Positions 26,918-36,667 of a stretch of DNA of 64,000 nt are shown piece after piece. Origin of the DNA: Acidimicrobiia bacterium. GTDB taxonomy: Bacteria > Actinomycetota > Acidimicrobiia > Spongiisociales > Spongiisociaceae. Location of the stretch: contig JBFGLM010000002.1 in the NCBI GenBank assembly GCA_041576165.1, positions 1 through 64,000 of the forward strand, in the 5' to 3' direction. A program made the translations under genes and the position numbers. Numbering within the stretch: the stretch's first letter is position 1; each line of letters starts with the position of its first letter. The notes below the pieces were generated by a model. The model was given only the letters and a program-made list of their open reading frames with translations, was not told where the DNA came from and searched no databases.

Positions 26918-27610
26918 TCAGGCTCTCGTGCGGATGGTGCTGCCCCGCAACGGTCCGGCAATCAGGACTCCGACGATCATCAGACCGACGTTCATTGCGC
27001 TCATCAACAGAATCCACGAGATGATACTCCCGCCAAACCGTAAGGCCTCCGTAACCTGGGTGGCCCCGAGCAGCAGCGGCACCGCCAGCGGGGCGATGAG
27101 CAGCGGGGCCAGAGTGGAGCGCCCTCTCAGACCGGCGGTGATCTCGGCCGCCAGGGTCCCCACCAGCGCGAGGCCCAGGGCGACCAGCGCCCCGACCAGC
27201 ACCAGCCAGGCCCAATTCGGGATTCCGTCGGGGGAGTACAGGATGATGGCGACCGGCGCCAGGATCGCTTCGAATGCTGCCAGCATCAGCGCCGAGGCCG
27301 CCGCCCGCCCCACGAAGATCGCACCCGGATCGACGCCGAGGAGCAGAAGTAGGTCCACGCAGGCAGGTGGATCGACACTGGTGCTTCGCTGGGTGACCAC
27401 CATTCCGAAGAGCAGCGTGACCACCCAGAACATGCCGGGTCCGACATCGGCCAGCAGCGGAGCATTCGTGCCGATCGCGAGAGGGAGGAGGAGGAGTGCC
27501 AGCGCACCGAACGGGACGGTCACCAAGAGCACCTCGCCGGTGCGACCTTCGATGCGCAGCTCCTTGCGAGCAATCTCGACCGCTTGACGCGGCAACGGCA
27601 CCTCGTTCAT
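26918..27610 (-). CDS. ccmB: Heme exporter permease CcmB
   Basis: RKELRIE.R, PGMFW, GLALVGT, LAPLLIAPLAVPLL; six TM helices. Confidence 0.88.
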   Translation of the reverse strand: MNEVPLPRQAVEIARKELRIEGRTGEVLLVTVPFGALALLLLPLAIGTNAPLLADVGPGMFWVVTLLFGMVVTQRSTSVDPPACVDLLLLLGVDPGAIFVGRAAASALMLAAFEAILAPVAIILYSPDGIPNWAWLVLVGALVALGLALVGTLAAEITAGLRGRSTLAPLLIAPLAVPLLLGATQVTEALRFGGSIISWILLMSAMNVGLMIVGVLIAGPLRGSTIRTRA

Positions 27611-28251
27611 GAGCTCGGGTCCGGGCTCAGGGCGCCATTCACCAATCGCAATACGCGGCCGGCGAGTCCGGAGATGCGGTCCGGTTCATGCGACACCATG
27701 ACGACCACCCCATGTCGCCCGGTGACGTGCTCCACGACGTGGTCCACCAGCGCCCGAGCCTCGGCGTCGAGACCGGCGTGTGCTTCGTCGAGGAGCAGCA
27801 CCTGCGGGCGGCGGAGCAGTGCGCGGGCGAACTCGACCCTTCGCTGCATTCCGTGCGAGGAGCGGTCGGCTCTCCGATCACCTGCGCCGGTCAGTCCCAC
27901 GCGCACCAGATAGGTGTCGACCTCGTCGGTCGGTCGACCGGTGAGGCGAGCGACAAAGCGCAGGTTCTCACCCAAGGTGAGTTCCGGATACAGAGCCGGC
28001 GTGTGGCCGATGAGCTCGATCTGCGGCCGAGCCGCCTCCGGCGGGAGACCGAGGATGCGGACACTGCCCCGGCTGGGCGCGATGAGGGTGGCGAGGACCC
28101 GGAGCAAGGTCGTTTTCCCGGAACCGTTTGCACCGACGATTCCCAGCACCTCCCCGGCCTCAACCTGCAGGTCGACCCCGCGCAGAATCGGGGAGCGGTT
28201 CAGGACCACCCCGACGTCGCTGAGTTCGAGGGCGGTGGCCGGGGCGGTCAT
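27607..28251 (-). CDS. ccmA: Heme ABC exporter ATP-binding protein CcmA
   Basis: GANGSGKTT, LYPELT..ENL, SHGMQRRV, LLLDEAH. Heads ccmB-C. Confidence 0.9.
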   Translation of the reverse strand: MTAPATALELSDVGVVLNRSPILRGVDLQVEAGEVLGIVGANGSGKTTLLRVLATLIAPSRGSVRILGLPPEAARPQIELIGHTPALYPELTLGENLRFVARLTGRPTDEVDTYLVRVGLTGAGDRRADRSSHGMQRRVEFARALLRRPQVLLLDEAHAGLDAEARALVDHVVEHVTGRHGVVVMVSHEPDRISGLAGRVLRLVNGALSPDPSS

Positions 28252-28297
28252 GATCCGGCCGGCCGGTCCGCCTGCGGCATGCCGCTGGGTGCTGGGA

Positions 28298-29200
28298 TCA
28301 GACCGACACGACGCCGAAACGGCGATCGAAGGCTTCCGCCCGCCGGGCCACAACGTCGGGCAGCTTCATGATCTTTTCCTGCAGCTCCTCGGCTCTCGCG
28401 GTGAGTCCGGTGAGGGAGCCGATCTTCCAGTCCCGGAGCAGCGGCACCAGGACCCGGTCGTGGTGGATCCTCAGGTTGTAGACGCCGGCCCGGGCGATGT
28501 CTACCGCTCGCCGGAGATAGTTCGGCATGCCGACACCCGGCATCCGGAAATTGGCGAGCACGTTGTACAACGCCGGCAGCATGGCCGAGGGCGCCTCCTG
28601 GAGCATGGCGCTGACCATTCCCCGGTAGAACATGAAATGATGGTTTTCGTCGGCGGCGATGCGCTGCATGATCTGATAGGCAACCTCGTCGTCGGCCAGC
28701 CGGCCGGCGTTGCGATGGCTCACCCGGGTGGCCAGTTCCTGTGCGGCGGTGTAGACGAAGATCTCGGCCGGGTCATTGATATCCATGTCGTAGCCGGTCT
28801 CCATCGTGGCCAGCCGGTCATCCTCCAACTCGCGAGGATCGCAATTGCGAGTGGTGAGCAGGTATGAGCGGAGGGCGATGGCGTGCTGGCCCTCCTCGGC
28901 CGTCCACAGGCGATTCCAGGCGCCGTACACCTCATGGTTGCCCAGATGCCGTTCGATGATGGCGTGGTAGTAGGGGAGGTTGTCCTCGGTCAGCAGGTTC
29001 AGCACAAGTGCGGTGCGGGCCTCAGGCGCCAGCGTGCATTGCGACTCGTCCCAAGGCTCGGCGACGAAGTTTCGTCCTTGCTCCCACGGGACGTATTCAT
29101 GGGCATACCAATGCTGGCGGCGTTGACGGTGGTCCTCCATCAGCGTGGCCGCTTCGTCGGCCACGGCTTCGAGGAGCTCGAAGGTTTCGTTGATTGCCAC
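28298..29200 (-). CDS. Acyl-ACP desaturase (DesA-like di-iron enzyme)
   Basis: NLLTEDNLPYYH, WTAEEGQH, QELATRVSH, IAADENHH, FRMPG, AGVY. Confidence 0.93.
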   Translation of the reverse strand: MAINETFELLEAVADEAATLMEDHRQRRQHWYAHEYVPWEQGRNFVAEPWDESQCTLAPEARTALVLNLLTEDNLPYYHAIIERHLGNHEVYGAWNRLWTAEEGQHAIALRSYLLTTRNCDPRELEDDRLATMETGYDMDINDPAEIFVYTAAQELATRVSHRNAGRLADDEVAYQIMQRIAADENHHFMFYRGMVSAMLQEAPSAMLPALYNVLANFRMPGVGMPNYLRRAVDIARAGVYNLRIHHDRVLVPLLRDWKIGSLTGLTARAEELQEKIMKLPDVVARRAEAFDRRFGVVSV

Positions 29201-29255
29201 TAGTCTCCCGGGATCGTTGCGCGCACTTTAGAGGCAACGCTCGGTTTTGGCAGGT

Positions 29256-29894
29256 TCAGTCGGGCCTAGCCGGGGCGCCGCGCTGCACCGCTACGAGCGC
29301 CACGGCCAGGCCGGCGATGACTCCACAGGCGTACGCCCACTTGGGTCCGCCCGTGAGGGACGGACGGAAAGGTTCGGTCAGCAGCCGGACGCCGGCCGCC
29401 CACGCCAGCGCAAATCCGCCGACTACCAGTCCTTGCACCCGAGCCGCCAGCCGGTGCGCCACAGCTGCACCGACCAGAAGCAATCCGGCAGCGTAAAGCT
29501 CGATCGGGTGCCCACTCCACATAGCGCCGGTGCCCCGACACGCCGATCGGAACAGACACCCCGCATGCCAGCCGGCCAGGCCGACAAGGGCCGGGACGCT
29601 GATGGCTGCCGCCAGCGCATCCCATCGGCCGCGACCGGTCCAGGCCAGGTAGACCAGGACGGCGGCAGTCGCCCCTACGGTCGAGACACCGCCCCGGACG
29701 ATCAGTATGTCGCCCGGCGCAGTGAACGGATTGATCCCGACTCCGATCATGGCGACCAGGCGGCCGGCGAACAGGCCGGCGATCGTCGCACCCAGTGCCC
29801 GATCGGCGAGGCCGGAAAACCCCCCTGGGCGCGAGGCCAGCAGCCACATTGGTGCCACCCCGGCGATGGCGGCGAACAACAGCGTGAATTCCAC
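29256..29894 (-). CDS. Divergent prolipoprotein diacylglyceryl transferase (Lgt)-like membrane protein
   Basis: GLFAGRL, RGGVS, GWHAGC, HPIELY, EPFR motifs; shorter than canonical Lgt. Confidence 0.65.
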   Translation of the reverse strand: MEFTLLFAAIAGVAPMWLLASRPGGFSGLADRALGATIAGLFAGRLVAMIGVGINPFTAPGDILIVRGGVSTVGATAAVLVYLAWTGRGRWDALAAAISVPALVGLAGWHAGCLFRSACRGTGAMWSGHPIELYAAGLLLVGAAVAHRLAARVQGLVVGGFALAWAAGVRLLTEPFRPSLTGGPKWAYACGVIAGLAVALVAVQRGAPARPD

Positions 29895-29913
29895 TACTGC
29901 GGTACCCGGCTCA

Positions 29914-30399
29914 TCAGTCGCGCTCCACGAGATCGGAGATCGAGGCTGCGAGGGTGCGCTCGTCGATCACGCCGCTGTGGGCCGATACGAGGTCTCCGGC
30001 TGAGTCGAAGAAGAACGTGATTGGCACACCGGTGCGTCCGAGCGTATTGGGAACGGACCGGCCGGGATCGAAGTAGTGGTCGAAGTTGGTCAAACCGAAC
30101 TCCGCAATGAACGCGCGGGCGTTCGACTGGGTGTCCTGCACATCGACGCCGATGAACAAGATGCGATCGCCCTCCTCTTCGTGCGCGGCGCGCAACAGCG
30201 GTGCTTCTGACCGGCACGGGATGCACCATGACGCCCACACGTTCACGACCGCGGGACGGCCGCCGTCTCGAATGAGAGCGTGTAGCTGATCGGGAGAGAT
30301 CGACGGGAGCTCCGGTACGCCCGAAAGGTCCACCGAGGGCCGGCCACAGGAGGCCAAGAGGACGATCACTGCCGCCAACACCGCCGCCAACTCTTTCAT
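29914..30399 (-). CDS. Lipoprotein TlpA-family thioredoxin (CIPC)
   Basis: LLASC lipobox, RPAVVNVWASWCIPCRSEAP, GVPITFFF. ATG 30399. Confidence 0.9.
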   Translation of the reverse strand: MKELAAVLAAVIVLLASCGRPSVDLSGVPELPSISPDQLHALIRDGGRPAVVNVWASWCIPCRSEAPLLRAAHEEEGDRILFIGVDVQDTQSNARAFIAEFGLTNFDHYFDPGRSVPNTLGRTGVPITFFFDSAGDLVSAHSGVIDERTLAASISDLVERD

Positions 30400-30470
30400 G
30401 CCGCCGGAGAGTACCGGGTGGTCGGTATCCGGTTTGGATGCTGCGTTGCGGTCCCGACTAGGTTGAGCCA

Positions 30471-31706
30471 ATGCGCGGCAGATCGCATGTCCTGTCCATG
30501 GTCCTCGCCGGCGGCGAAGGAAAACGCCTGTTTCCACTTACGCGTGACCGGGCGAAACCAGCGGTGCCGTTCGGCGGGATCTACCGGATCGTCGATTTCG
30601 TACTGTCCAATCTCGTCAACGCTCAGTTTCGCCGGATAGTCGTCCTGACCCAGTACAAGTCCCATTCTCTCGACCGTCATCTGGCCCAGACGTGGCGCCT
30701 GTCGGCGCTGTTGGGAAGCTATGTTGCGCCTGTGCCCGCGCAGATGCGTCGCGGACCGCACTGGTACGCAGGTTCGGCCGATGCGATCTACCAGAACCTG
30801 AACATCATCGCCGACGAGCGGCCGGACCACGTCATTGTCTTCGGGGCCGACCACATCTACCGGATGGACCCGCGCCAAATGCTCGACTACCACGTCGACA
30901 AAGGGGCGGCGGTGACGGTGGCCGCCATTCCCGTACCGATTGAGGAAGCCAGTTCGTTCGGAATCATCGACGCCGACGACAGCGGTCGGATCACCCAGTT
31001 CCTCGAGAAGCCGGCAGATCCGCCCCACATGCCGGGCAACCCCGACATGGCGCTGGCATCGATGGGCAACTACATATTCACGAGGGATGCGCTCGAGTGG
31101 TCGGTGAAGCTCGACGCCAAATCGCGCACGTCGCGCCACGACATGGGTGGCAACATCATCCCGCTGCTCACCCAGGACGAAGGTGCGTACGTCTACGACT
31201 TCGCCAACAACGAAGTTCCCGGCGCAACTGATCGAGAGCGTGGGTATTGGCGAGACATCGGGAACCTCGACGCGTATTACGAGGCGAGCATGGATCTGGT
31301 CTCGGTGGAACCGACGTTCAACTTCTACAACGAGGAATGGCCCGTCTACACATGGCAGTTCCCCTGGCCGCCGGCCAAGTTCGTGCATGATCAGGAAGGC
31401 CGGCGCGGCCAGGCCATAGACTCGCTCGTTGCGAACGGTGCGGTCGTCTCGGGAGCGCTCGTGCGCCGGTGCATCGTCTCGCCTCAGGTGCGAATCAACT
31501 CGTTCGCAGAAGTCTCGGAGAGCGTCGTCTTCCCGGGTGTGGCCATCGGGCGAGGCGCCCGGATTCACCGGGCGATCATCGACAAGCACGTCGAGATACC
31601 CCCGGGGTACGAGATCGGCATCAATCCGGAACAAGACCGCGACCGCTTCAACGTGTCGACCGGCGGGATCGTGGTTGTGGGCAAAGGCGAGAAGCTGCCC
31701 GAGTGA
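30471..31706 (+). CDS. glgC: Glucose-1-phosphate adenylyltransferase
   Basis: [51 protein letters not shown]. Confidence 0.96.
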   Translation: MRGRSHVLSMVLAGGEGKRLFPLTRDRAKPAVPFGGIYRIVDFVLSNLVNAQFRRIVVLTQYKSHSLDRHLAQTWRLSALLGSYVAPVPAQMRRGPHWYAGSADAIYQNLNIIADERPDHVIVFGADHIYRMDPRQMLDYHVDKGAAVTVAAIPVPIEEASSFGIIDADDSGRITQFLEKPADPPHMPGNPDMALASMGNYIFTRDALEWSVKLDAKSRTSRHDMGGNIIPLLTQDEGAYVYDFANNEVPGATDRERGYWRDIGNLDAYYEASMDLVSVEPTFNFYNEEWPVYTWQFPWPPAKFVHDQEGRRGQAIDSLVANGAVVSGALVRRCIVSPQVRINSFAEVSESVVFPGVAIGRGARIHRAIIDKHVEIPPGYEIGINPEQDRDRFNVSTGGIVVVGKGEKLPE

Positions 31707-31773
31707 GGCACCCGGCGTTCGGATGCTGCTCCGGGCCCACCCCGGGTGGGTTGGCGTCCGGGCTGGTCCAGAC

Positions 31774-33198
31774 TCAAATGAATTGCACGTCGTAGGTGTC
31801 CCGGTACGTCTCGAGAAACCTGAGCCACAGCTCGCTCAGCGTCGGGAAAGAGGGAATGGCGTGCCACAGCGTGCCCAGTGGCACCTCACCGGCGATAGCG
31901 ATCGTCGCCGCATGCAGCATTTCGGCCACGCCGGGCCCAACGAACGTTGCGCCGACGATGACCTGGCGGTCGGCGTCGATGACCACCTTCGACATTCCTG
32001 AGACACCCCGTCCCATCGTGGCCGCTCCGGCCACATGGCCCGTGTTGTACTCGACCGTGTGTACGGCGAGGCCCTCGTCCTTCGCCTGTGATTCCGTGAG
32101 GCCCGCCGCCGCCACCTGCGGCGTCGTGAAGACGACCCGCGGCTCGGCCCGCCGGTCACCCCAGGCGGTGGTGTTCAACCCGGCGATATGGCCGCCGGCG
32201 ATCCGGGCTTGATACTTGCCGGTGTGGGTCAGCAGCGATCGGCCGTTGACGTCACCGACCGCGTAAAGCCAGGCCCCGTCGACCTCGACCGCTCGCATGT
32301 GATCGTCGACGTCGATGTAGGTGCCTGGCTCGAGGCCCACCGTCTCGAGCCCGACATCGTCGGTGAGTGGACGCCGGCCGACCGCTGCGAGAATCTCGTC
32401 TGCCTCGATGGTCGAGCCGTCTTCGAGGGTCCCCGTCACCGGACTGTCGGTCGTCTCACGCGTTACCCGGACGAGCTTGGCTTCGGTGTGAACTGCGATA
32501 CCCAACCTGTCGAAAGCTGCGGCCACCAACTCACCGGCAAATGGCTCTTCGCGGGGGAGCAACCCCGGCATCATCTCAACGATGGTGACCTCTTCGGCCC
32601 CCAGCCATTTCCACGCCTGCGCCATCTCGACACCGACGACGCCGCCGCCGACGATAAGGAGACGGCGAGGGACTTCTTTGGCTGTGGTGATGTCCCGGTT
32701 GTCCCACACGGCTATGTTGCGCAGGCCTTCGATGGGAGGGATCGCCGCGCCGGTGCCGGTCGCCACAATGACCGCCTTGGAAGCCTCATACGTCGTGACG
32801 GTGCCGTCGCCTGCCTCGACCTCTACGAGCCGCTCGCCGACGAGCCGCCCGTGCCCGCGGATCAGTTCTACACCGACGGAATCCAACCACGCTACCTGTC
32901 CGCCATCGTCCCAGTTAGCGCTCAATGCGTCACGGCGCGCCAGCGCAGCGGGCACATCGATCTCTCCGGTGACCGCGTCAGCTGCGCCCGGCACACGCCG
33001 CACGGCGTCGACGACCTCACCCGGTCGCAGTAGCGCCTTCGATGGCATGCACGCGTAATAGCTGCACTCGCCGCCGACAAGCTCTCGCTCGATGACGGCC
33101 GCTCGCAAATCCCCCCTGGCCGCGACGTCGGCTGCGTTCTCACCCGCCGGGCCCGCTCCGATAACCAGTACGTCGTAATCCCTATTCGGGTCCGTCAT
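31774..33198 (-). CDS. Pyridine nucleotide-disulfide oxidoreductase, class I (LpdA-like)
   Basis: GAGPAG, GGECSYYACMPSK redox disulfide, GGGVVGVE, AVGD, C-terminal FPTLSE. Confidence 0.9.
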   Translation of the reverse strand: MTDPNRDYDVLVIGAGPAGENAADVAARGDLRAAVIERELVGGECSYYACMPSKALLRPGEVVDAVRRVPGAADAVTGEIDVPAALARRDALSANWDDGGQVAWLDSVGVELIRGHGRLVGERLVEVEAGDGTVTTYEASKAVIVATGTGAAIPPIEGLRNIAVWDNRDITTAKEVPRRLLIVGGGVVGVEMAQAWKWLGAEEVTIVEMMPGLLPREEPFAGELVAAAFDRLGIAVHTEAKLVRVTRETTDSPVTGTLEDGSTIEADEILAAVGRRPLTDDVGLETVGLEPGTYIDVDDHMRAVEVDGAWLYAVGDVNGRSLLTHTGKYQARIAGGHIAGLNTTAWGDRRAEPRVVFTTPQVAAAGLTESQAKDEGLAVHTVEYNTGHVAGAATMGRGVSGMSKVVIDADRQVIVGATFVGPGVAEMLHAATIAIAGEVPLGTLWHAIPSFPTLSELWLRFLETYRDTYDVQFI

Positions 33199-33314
33199 GC
33201 GTTTCTCCCGCGTCGCGTTCGGGCAGCCCTCGCTCTGGTGAAACGCAAGATCGGTTTCAACATTCCCGACGGCCCCGTAAGCCGAGCCGATCGCCACCTG
33301 GTGATTCGATCGGC

Positions 33315-34007
33315 CTAGTCCGCATCGTTCAGCGGCCGTCCAAGCAAGGCGTCGATGCGCTCCAATGTCTCGGTGACCTCGAACGTGGCCGGCTTGACCC
33401 GTTCCAGCCGATCGCGCGAACGCACGAGTTGCTCGGCCACGTCACCGCTGAACTCGATGGACATCAACCCCTCCGCTCCACTGAGCGCTGCGTTGAACAG
33501 CGGGATCCGGACCTCGGCGAGGATCTGATCTACGACGTGCGCGGCTGCAAACTGGTCCCAGTCGGAACCGAACCTGATTTGCACGTCATGCAACGAACGG
33601 TCGATGTTGCCGCTCGTCAGGGCAAGATCGAACAGCAACGCCACATCCGATGCCGAGTATGGCAGGGGGACCTTTGACCCGTATTCGATGATCCGCTCAG
33701 CGGCGAAATGGCGCCGGTAGGAGGGAGGCGCCAACAACCAGACCTGGGTGCGACGATCCTTGAGCGGAAACTTGCGAAGGATGCCAGCCGACGCGACCAC
33801 CGCAGACGCAACCAAATCGGGGTGCAATGCCTGCAGCACCGACCCCCCGCGGAGGCGTTCGAGCGGCTCGCCGAGCAAGATGGTGGGGTCGTCACCGTCC
33901 TCTTCGAACGCTACGAACAGTCGTTCGACCCGATTGGTGTGAAACTTCAACGCGGCGCGGCGATCCCCCTTGAGAAATCTCCAACCGACCAGGTCTCGCC
34001 AGTTCAT
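33315..34007 (-). CDS. Hypothetical protein
   Basis: Protein-like composition, fills the gap between hisIE and the oxidoreductase gene; no recognisable motif. Confidence 0.6.
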   Translation of the reverse strand: MNWRDLVGWRFLKGDRRAALKFHTNRVERLFVAFEEDGDDPTILLGEPLERLRGGSVLQALHPDLVASAVVASAGILRKFPLKDRRTQVWLLAPPSYRRHFAAERIIEYGSKVPLPYSASDVALLFDLALTSGNIDRSLHDVQIRFGSDWDQFAAAHVVDQILAEVRIPLFNAALSGAEGLMSIEFSGDVAEQLVRSRDRLERVKPATFEVTETLERIDALLGRPLNDAD

Positions 34008-34091
34008 CAGCCTCTTCCGGGCGCCGCGGACGTCCGGCACCGCAGATTAGGCCAGCGGCGGAGGTCGGGTGACGGGCGGTTGCCGCCGAAA

Positions 34092-34715
34092 TCACCCCGC
34101 CCTCCCCGCCAGCACGCGCAGCGCCCCTGCCGGCGTCGAACCCCGCTCGCCGATCAGCACGAGCAGGTGGTAGATCAAATCGGCTGCCTCCTCGTCAACC
34201 CGCCGCGTGGGTTCCGCCCGCCGGGCGTGCCCGATCGCAGCCGCGACAACTTCGGCGGCTTCCTCGAGGACCTTGCGTCCGGCGCCGTCGGCGCCCGACT
34301 CCAGCAGCGACGTGGTGTAGGAACCGGCTGGGCGATTCGCAACCCGGTCGGCAATGGTGATCCACAAACGTTCGAGTGTCGCGAATCCGACCGGCTCCGG
34401 CGAGTCGGCATGTGGCTCTTCAAAGCAGGTGCGGGTGCCCGTGTGGCAGGTCGCTCCGACCGGCCTTGCCTCGATCAGCAGTGCGTCACCGTCGCAGTCG
34501 AACCGCATATCGTGCAGTCGGAGCGTGTTACCGCTGGTCTCGCCCTTCCGCCACAGTGCATTGCGGGATCGACTCCAGAAATGGACGAATCCTGTTGAGC
34601 GGGTCGCGTCGATGGCGGCTTGGTTGAGATACCCGAGCATCAGCACTTCCCGGGTGTCGGCGTGCTGGACGATCCCGGCGATCAGACCCGCCTCATCGAA
34701 CGTAGCCTCCCTCAC
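34092..34715 (-). CDS. hisIE: Bifunctional PR-AMP cyclohydrolase / PR-ATP pyrophosphatase
   Basis: [29 protein letters not shown]; [20 protein letters not shown]. Confidence 0.95.
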   Translation of the reverse strand: MREATFDEAGLIAGIVQHADTREVLMLGYLNQAAIDATRSTGFVHFWSRSRNALWRKGETSGNTLRLHDMRFDCDGDALLIEARPVGATCHTGTRTCFEEPHADSPEPVGFATLERLWITIADRVANRPAGSYTTSLLESGADGAGRKVLEEAAEVVAAAIGHARRAEPTRRVDEEAADLIYHLLVLIGERGSTPAGALRVLAGRAG

Positions 34716-35476
34716 GCGTCCACCCTGGCCGGCACCCCTGCCGCGATCATCGCAGCTTTGACCTCGCGAATTCCGACCTGCGACCGGTGGAAGATGCTCG
34801 CCGCTAGGGCAGCATCGGCCCTCCCCTCCACCAGCGCAGCCACGCAGTCGGCGGCCGACCCGGCCCCGCCCGAGGCAATGATCGGTACCGGCACGGCGGT
34901 GTGCATCTGATGGAGAAGGTCGAGGTCGAACCCGGCATTGGTGCCGTCGCGATCCATCGAAGTGAGCAGTATTTCACCGGCGCCCCGGCCTGCACCGGCA
35001 GCGGCCCATTCAATGGCATCGAGCCCAGTCGGTGTTCTGCCGCCATTGACGAACACCTCCCAACGGTGGCCGCCAACGTGCTTGGCGTCGACCGCGAGCA
35101 CGACGCATTGATTGCCGAACGCGGCGGCACATCGGTTGATCAGGTCGGGATCGCGAACTGCGGAGGTGTTGATGGATACCTTGTCGGCGCCGGCCCGAAG
35201 GACTGCCCGCATGTCCTCCACGCTGCGTACACCGCCTCCCACTGTGAGCGGGACGAACACATTGCGAGCAGTGCGCCGCACCAGGTCCAACAGCGTACCC
35301 CGACCTTCGGGCGAGGCCGTGATGTCCAGATAGACGATCTCATCGGCCCCCTCGGCCGCATAGCGGGCCGCCAGCTCGACCGGATCGCCCTCATCTACCA
35401 GATTCACGAAGTTCACGCCCTTGACGACCCGCCCGTCGGCGACGTCGAGACACGGGATCACCCGCTTACGCAACAT
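34712..35476 (-). CDS. hisF: Imidazole glycerol phosphate synthase cyclase subunit
   Basis: [43 protein letters not shown]. Confidence 0.97.
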   Translation of the reverse strand: MLRKRVIPCLDVADGRVVKGVNFVNLVDEGDPVELAARYAAEGADEIVYLDITASPEGRGTLLDLVRRTARNVFVPLTVGGGVRSVEDMRAVLRAGADKVSINTSAVRDPDLINRCAAAFGNQCVVLAVDAKHVGGHRWEVFVNGGRTPTGLDAIEWAAAGAGRGAGEILLTSMDRDGTNAGFDLDLLHQMHTAVPVPIIASGGAGSAADCVAALVEGRADAALAASIFHRSQVGIREVKAAMIAAGVPARVDA

Positions 35477-36083
35477 GCTGATCTACCCGCACCGACTGGA
35501 CGAAATTGTCGATCATCCGCATGCCATGCCGGCCCGAACGCTCCGGGTGAAACTGCACACCTACCCGATTGCCGCGGCGAACCGCGGCCACGAACGGTGT
35601 CCCATAGGTCGAGCGGGCAATCACAACTCCGTCATCATCCGGGACGGGAGCGAAGCTGTGCACGAAATAGAAGGTGGCGTCGGGACTGATCCCGTTCATC
35701 AGCGGGTCGTCAGGCTCGCGGTCGACGAGCTCGTTCCAACCGATGTGCGGCAGGCGCTCCGCCGGTAGCCGCTGGACCCGCCCCGGGATCAAACCGAGAC
35801 AAGGGCCCTCGTCCTCGTCGCTGGTTTCGAAGAACAGCTGCAGACCCACGCAGATCCCGAGCAGGGGGCCTTCCCAGGCCCGGAGCGGATCGACGAGGCC
35901 CTGGACGGCCAGCCGCTGCATCGCGGCGCCAGTGGCCCCAACCCCGGGCAACACAACCGCGTCGGCATTCTCGAAGCCGGATGGGTCGCGCGTGACGGTC
36001 GCAACTGCGCCGGCCGATACCAGCGCCTGGGATATGGATACGAGATTGCCCGCCCCGTGATCGACCACGGCGATCCGCGTCAC
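35466..36083 (-). CDS. hisH: Imidazole glycerol phosphate synthase glutaminase subunit
   Basis: GAGN, LPGVG, GICVGLQ, PHIGWN, YFVHS, QFHPERS. Confidence 0.96.
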   Translation of the reverse strand: MTRIAVVDHGAGNLVSISQALVSAGAVATVTRDPSGFENADAVVLPGVGATGAAMQRLAVQGLVDPLRAWEGPLLGICVGLQLFFETSDEDEGPCLGLIPGRVQRLPAERLPHIGWNELVDREPDDPLMNGISPDATFYFVHSFAPVPDDDGVVIARSTYGTPFVAAVRRGNRVGVQFHPERSGRHGMRMIDNFVQSVRVDQHVA

Positions 36084-36667
36084 AGCGATCCCTTGGTGGA
36101 AGGTACCCCGGATCGGCGGGGATCTGGCGCCACCGCCGCCCGGAGCGCTCGAGCCAGGGCCTTGGCGGCCGCCTCCGCCAGATGGTGATCGTTGGCACCC
36201 GTAGCGGAGAGATGCAGCGTGAACCCTGCTCGAGCAGCCAGCGCCTCGAAGGCGTGAGCAATGTTCTGGGTGGTGAGGTTGCCCAGGTATGGCGTCTCGA
36301 ACGGCAGGTCGATGACGGTGTAGGGCCGGCCTCCCACATCGATGGTGCAGCGAGCTAGCGCCTCGTCCATTGGTACGGCGGCGTCACCGAATCGTTGGAT
36401 TCCCTGGCGATCGCCGAGTGCGTCCCCCAACGCATCACCCAGCACGAGCGCGGTGTCCTCGACGGTATGGTGATCGTCGACCACCAGGTCGCCGGCAGTC
36501 TCGATCTCGATGTCGATCAGCGAGTGGTGCGCCAGGCTGGTGAGGAGGTGGTCGAAAAAGCCCACCCCAGTCGTGATGTCGGCCCTGCCGGTACCATCGA
36601 GATCGACCCGAACTCGGACCTTCGTCTCGCTGGTCTCTCGCGAAGCCTCGCCGGTGCGGCCGCTCAT
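36080..36667 (-). CDS. hisB: Imidazoleglycerol-phosphate dehydratase (monofunctional)
   Basis: RETSET, GFFDHL, DDHHTVED, PMDEAL, NDHHLAEA, PSTKG. Confidence 0.96.
   Translation of the reverse strand: MSGRTGEASRETSETKVRVRVDLDGTGRADITTGVGFFDHLLTSLAHHSLIDIEIETAGDLVVDDHHTVEDTALVLGDALGDALGDRQGIQRFGDAAVPMDEALARCTIDVGGRPYTVIDLPFETPYLGNLTTQNIAHAFEALAARAGFTLHLSATGANDHHLAEAAAKALARALRAAVAPDPRRSGVPSTKGSL

Noticed and set aside
31774-33198. Mercuric reductase MerA
   Set aside because: No C-terminal Cys-Cys, no NmerA domain and no mer genes nearby.
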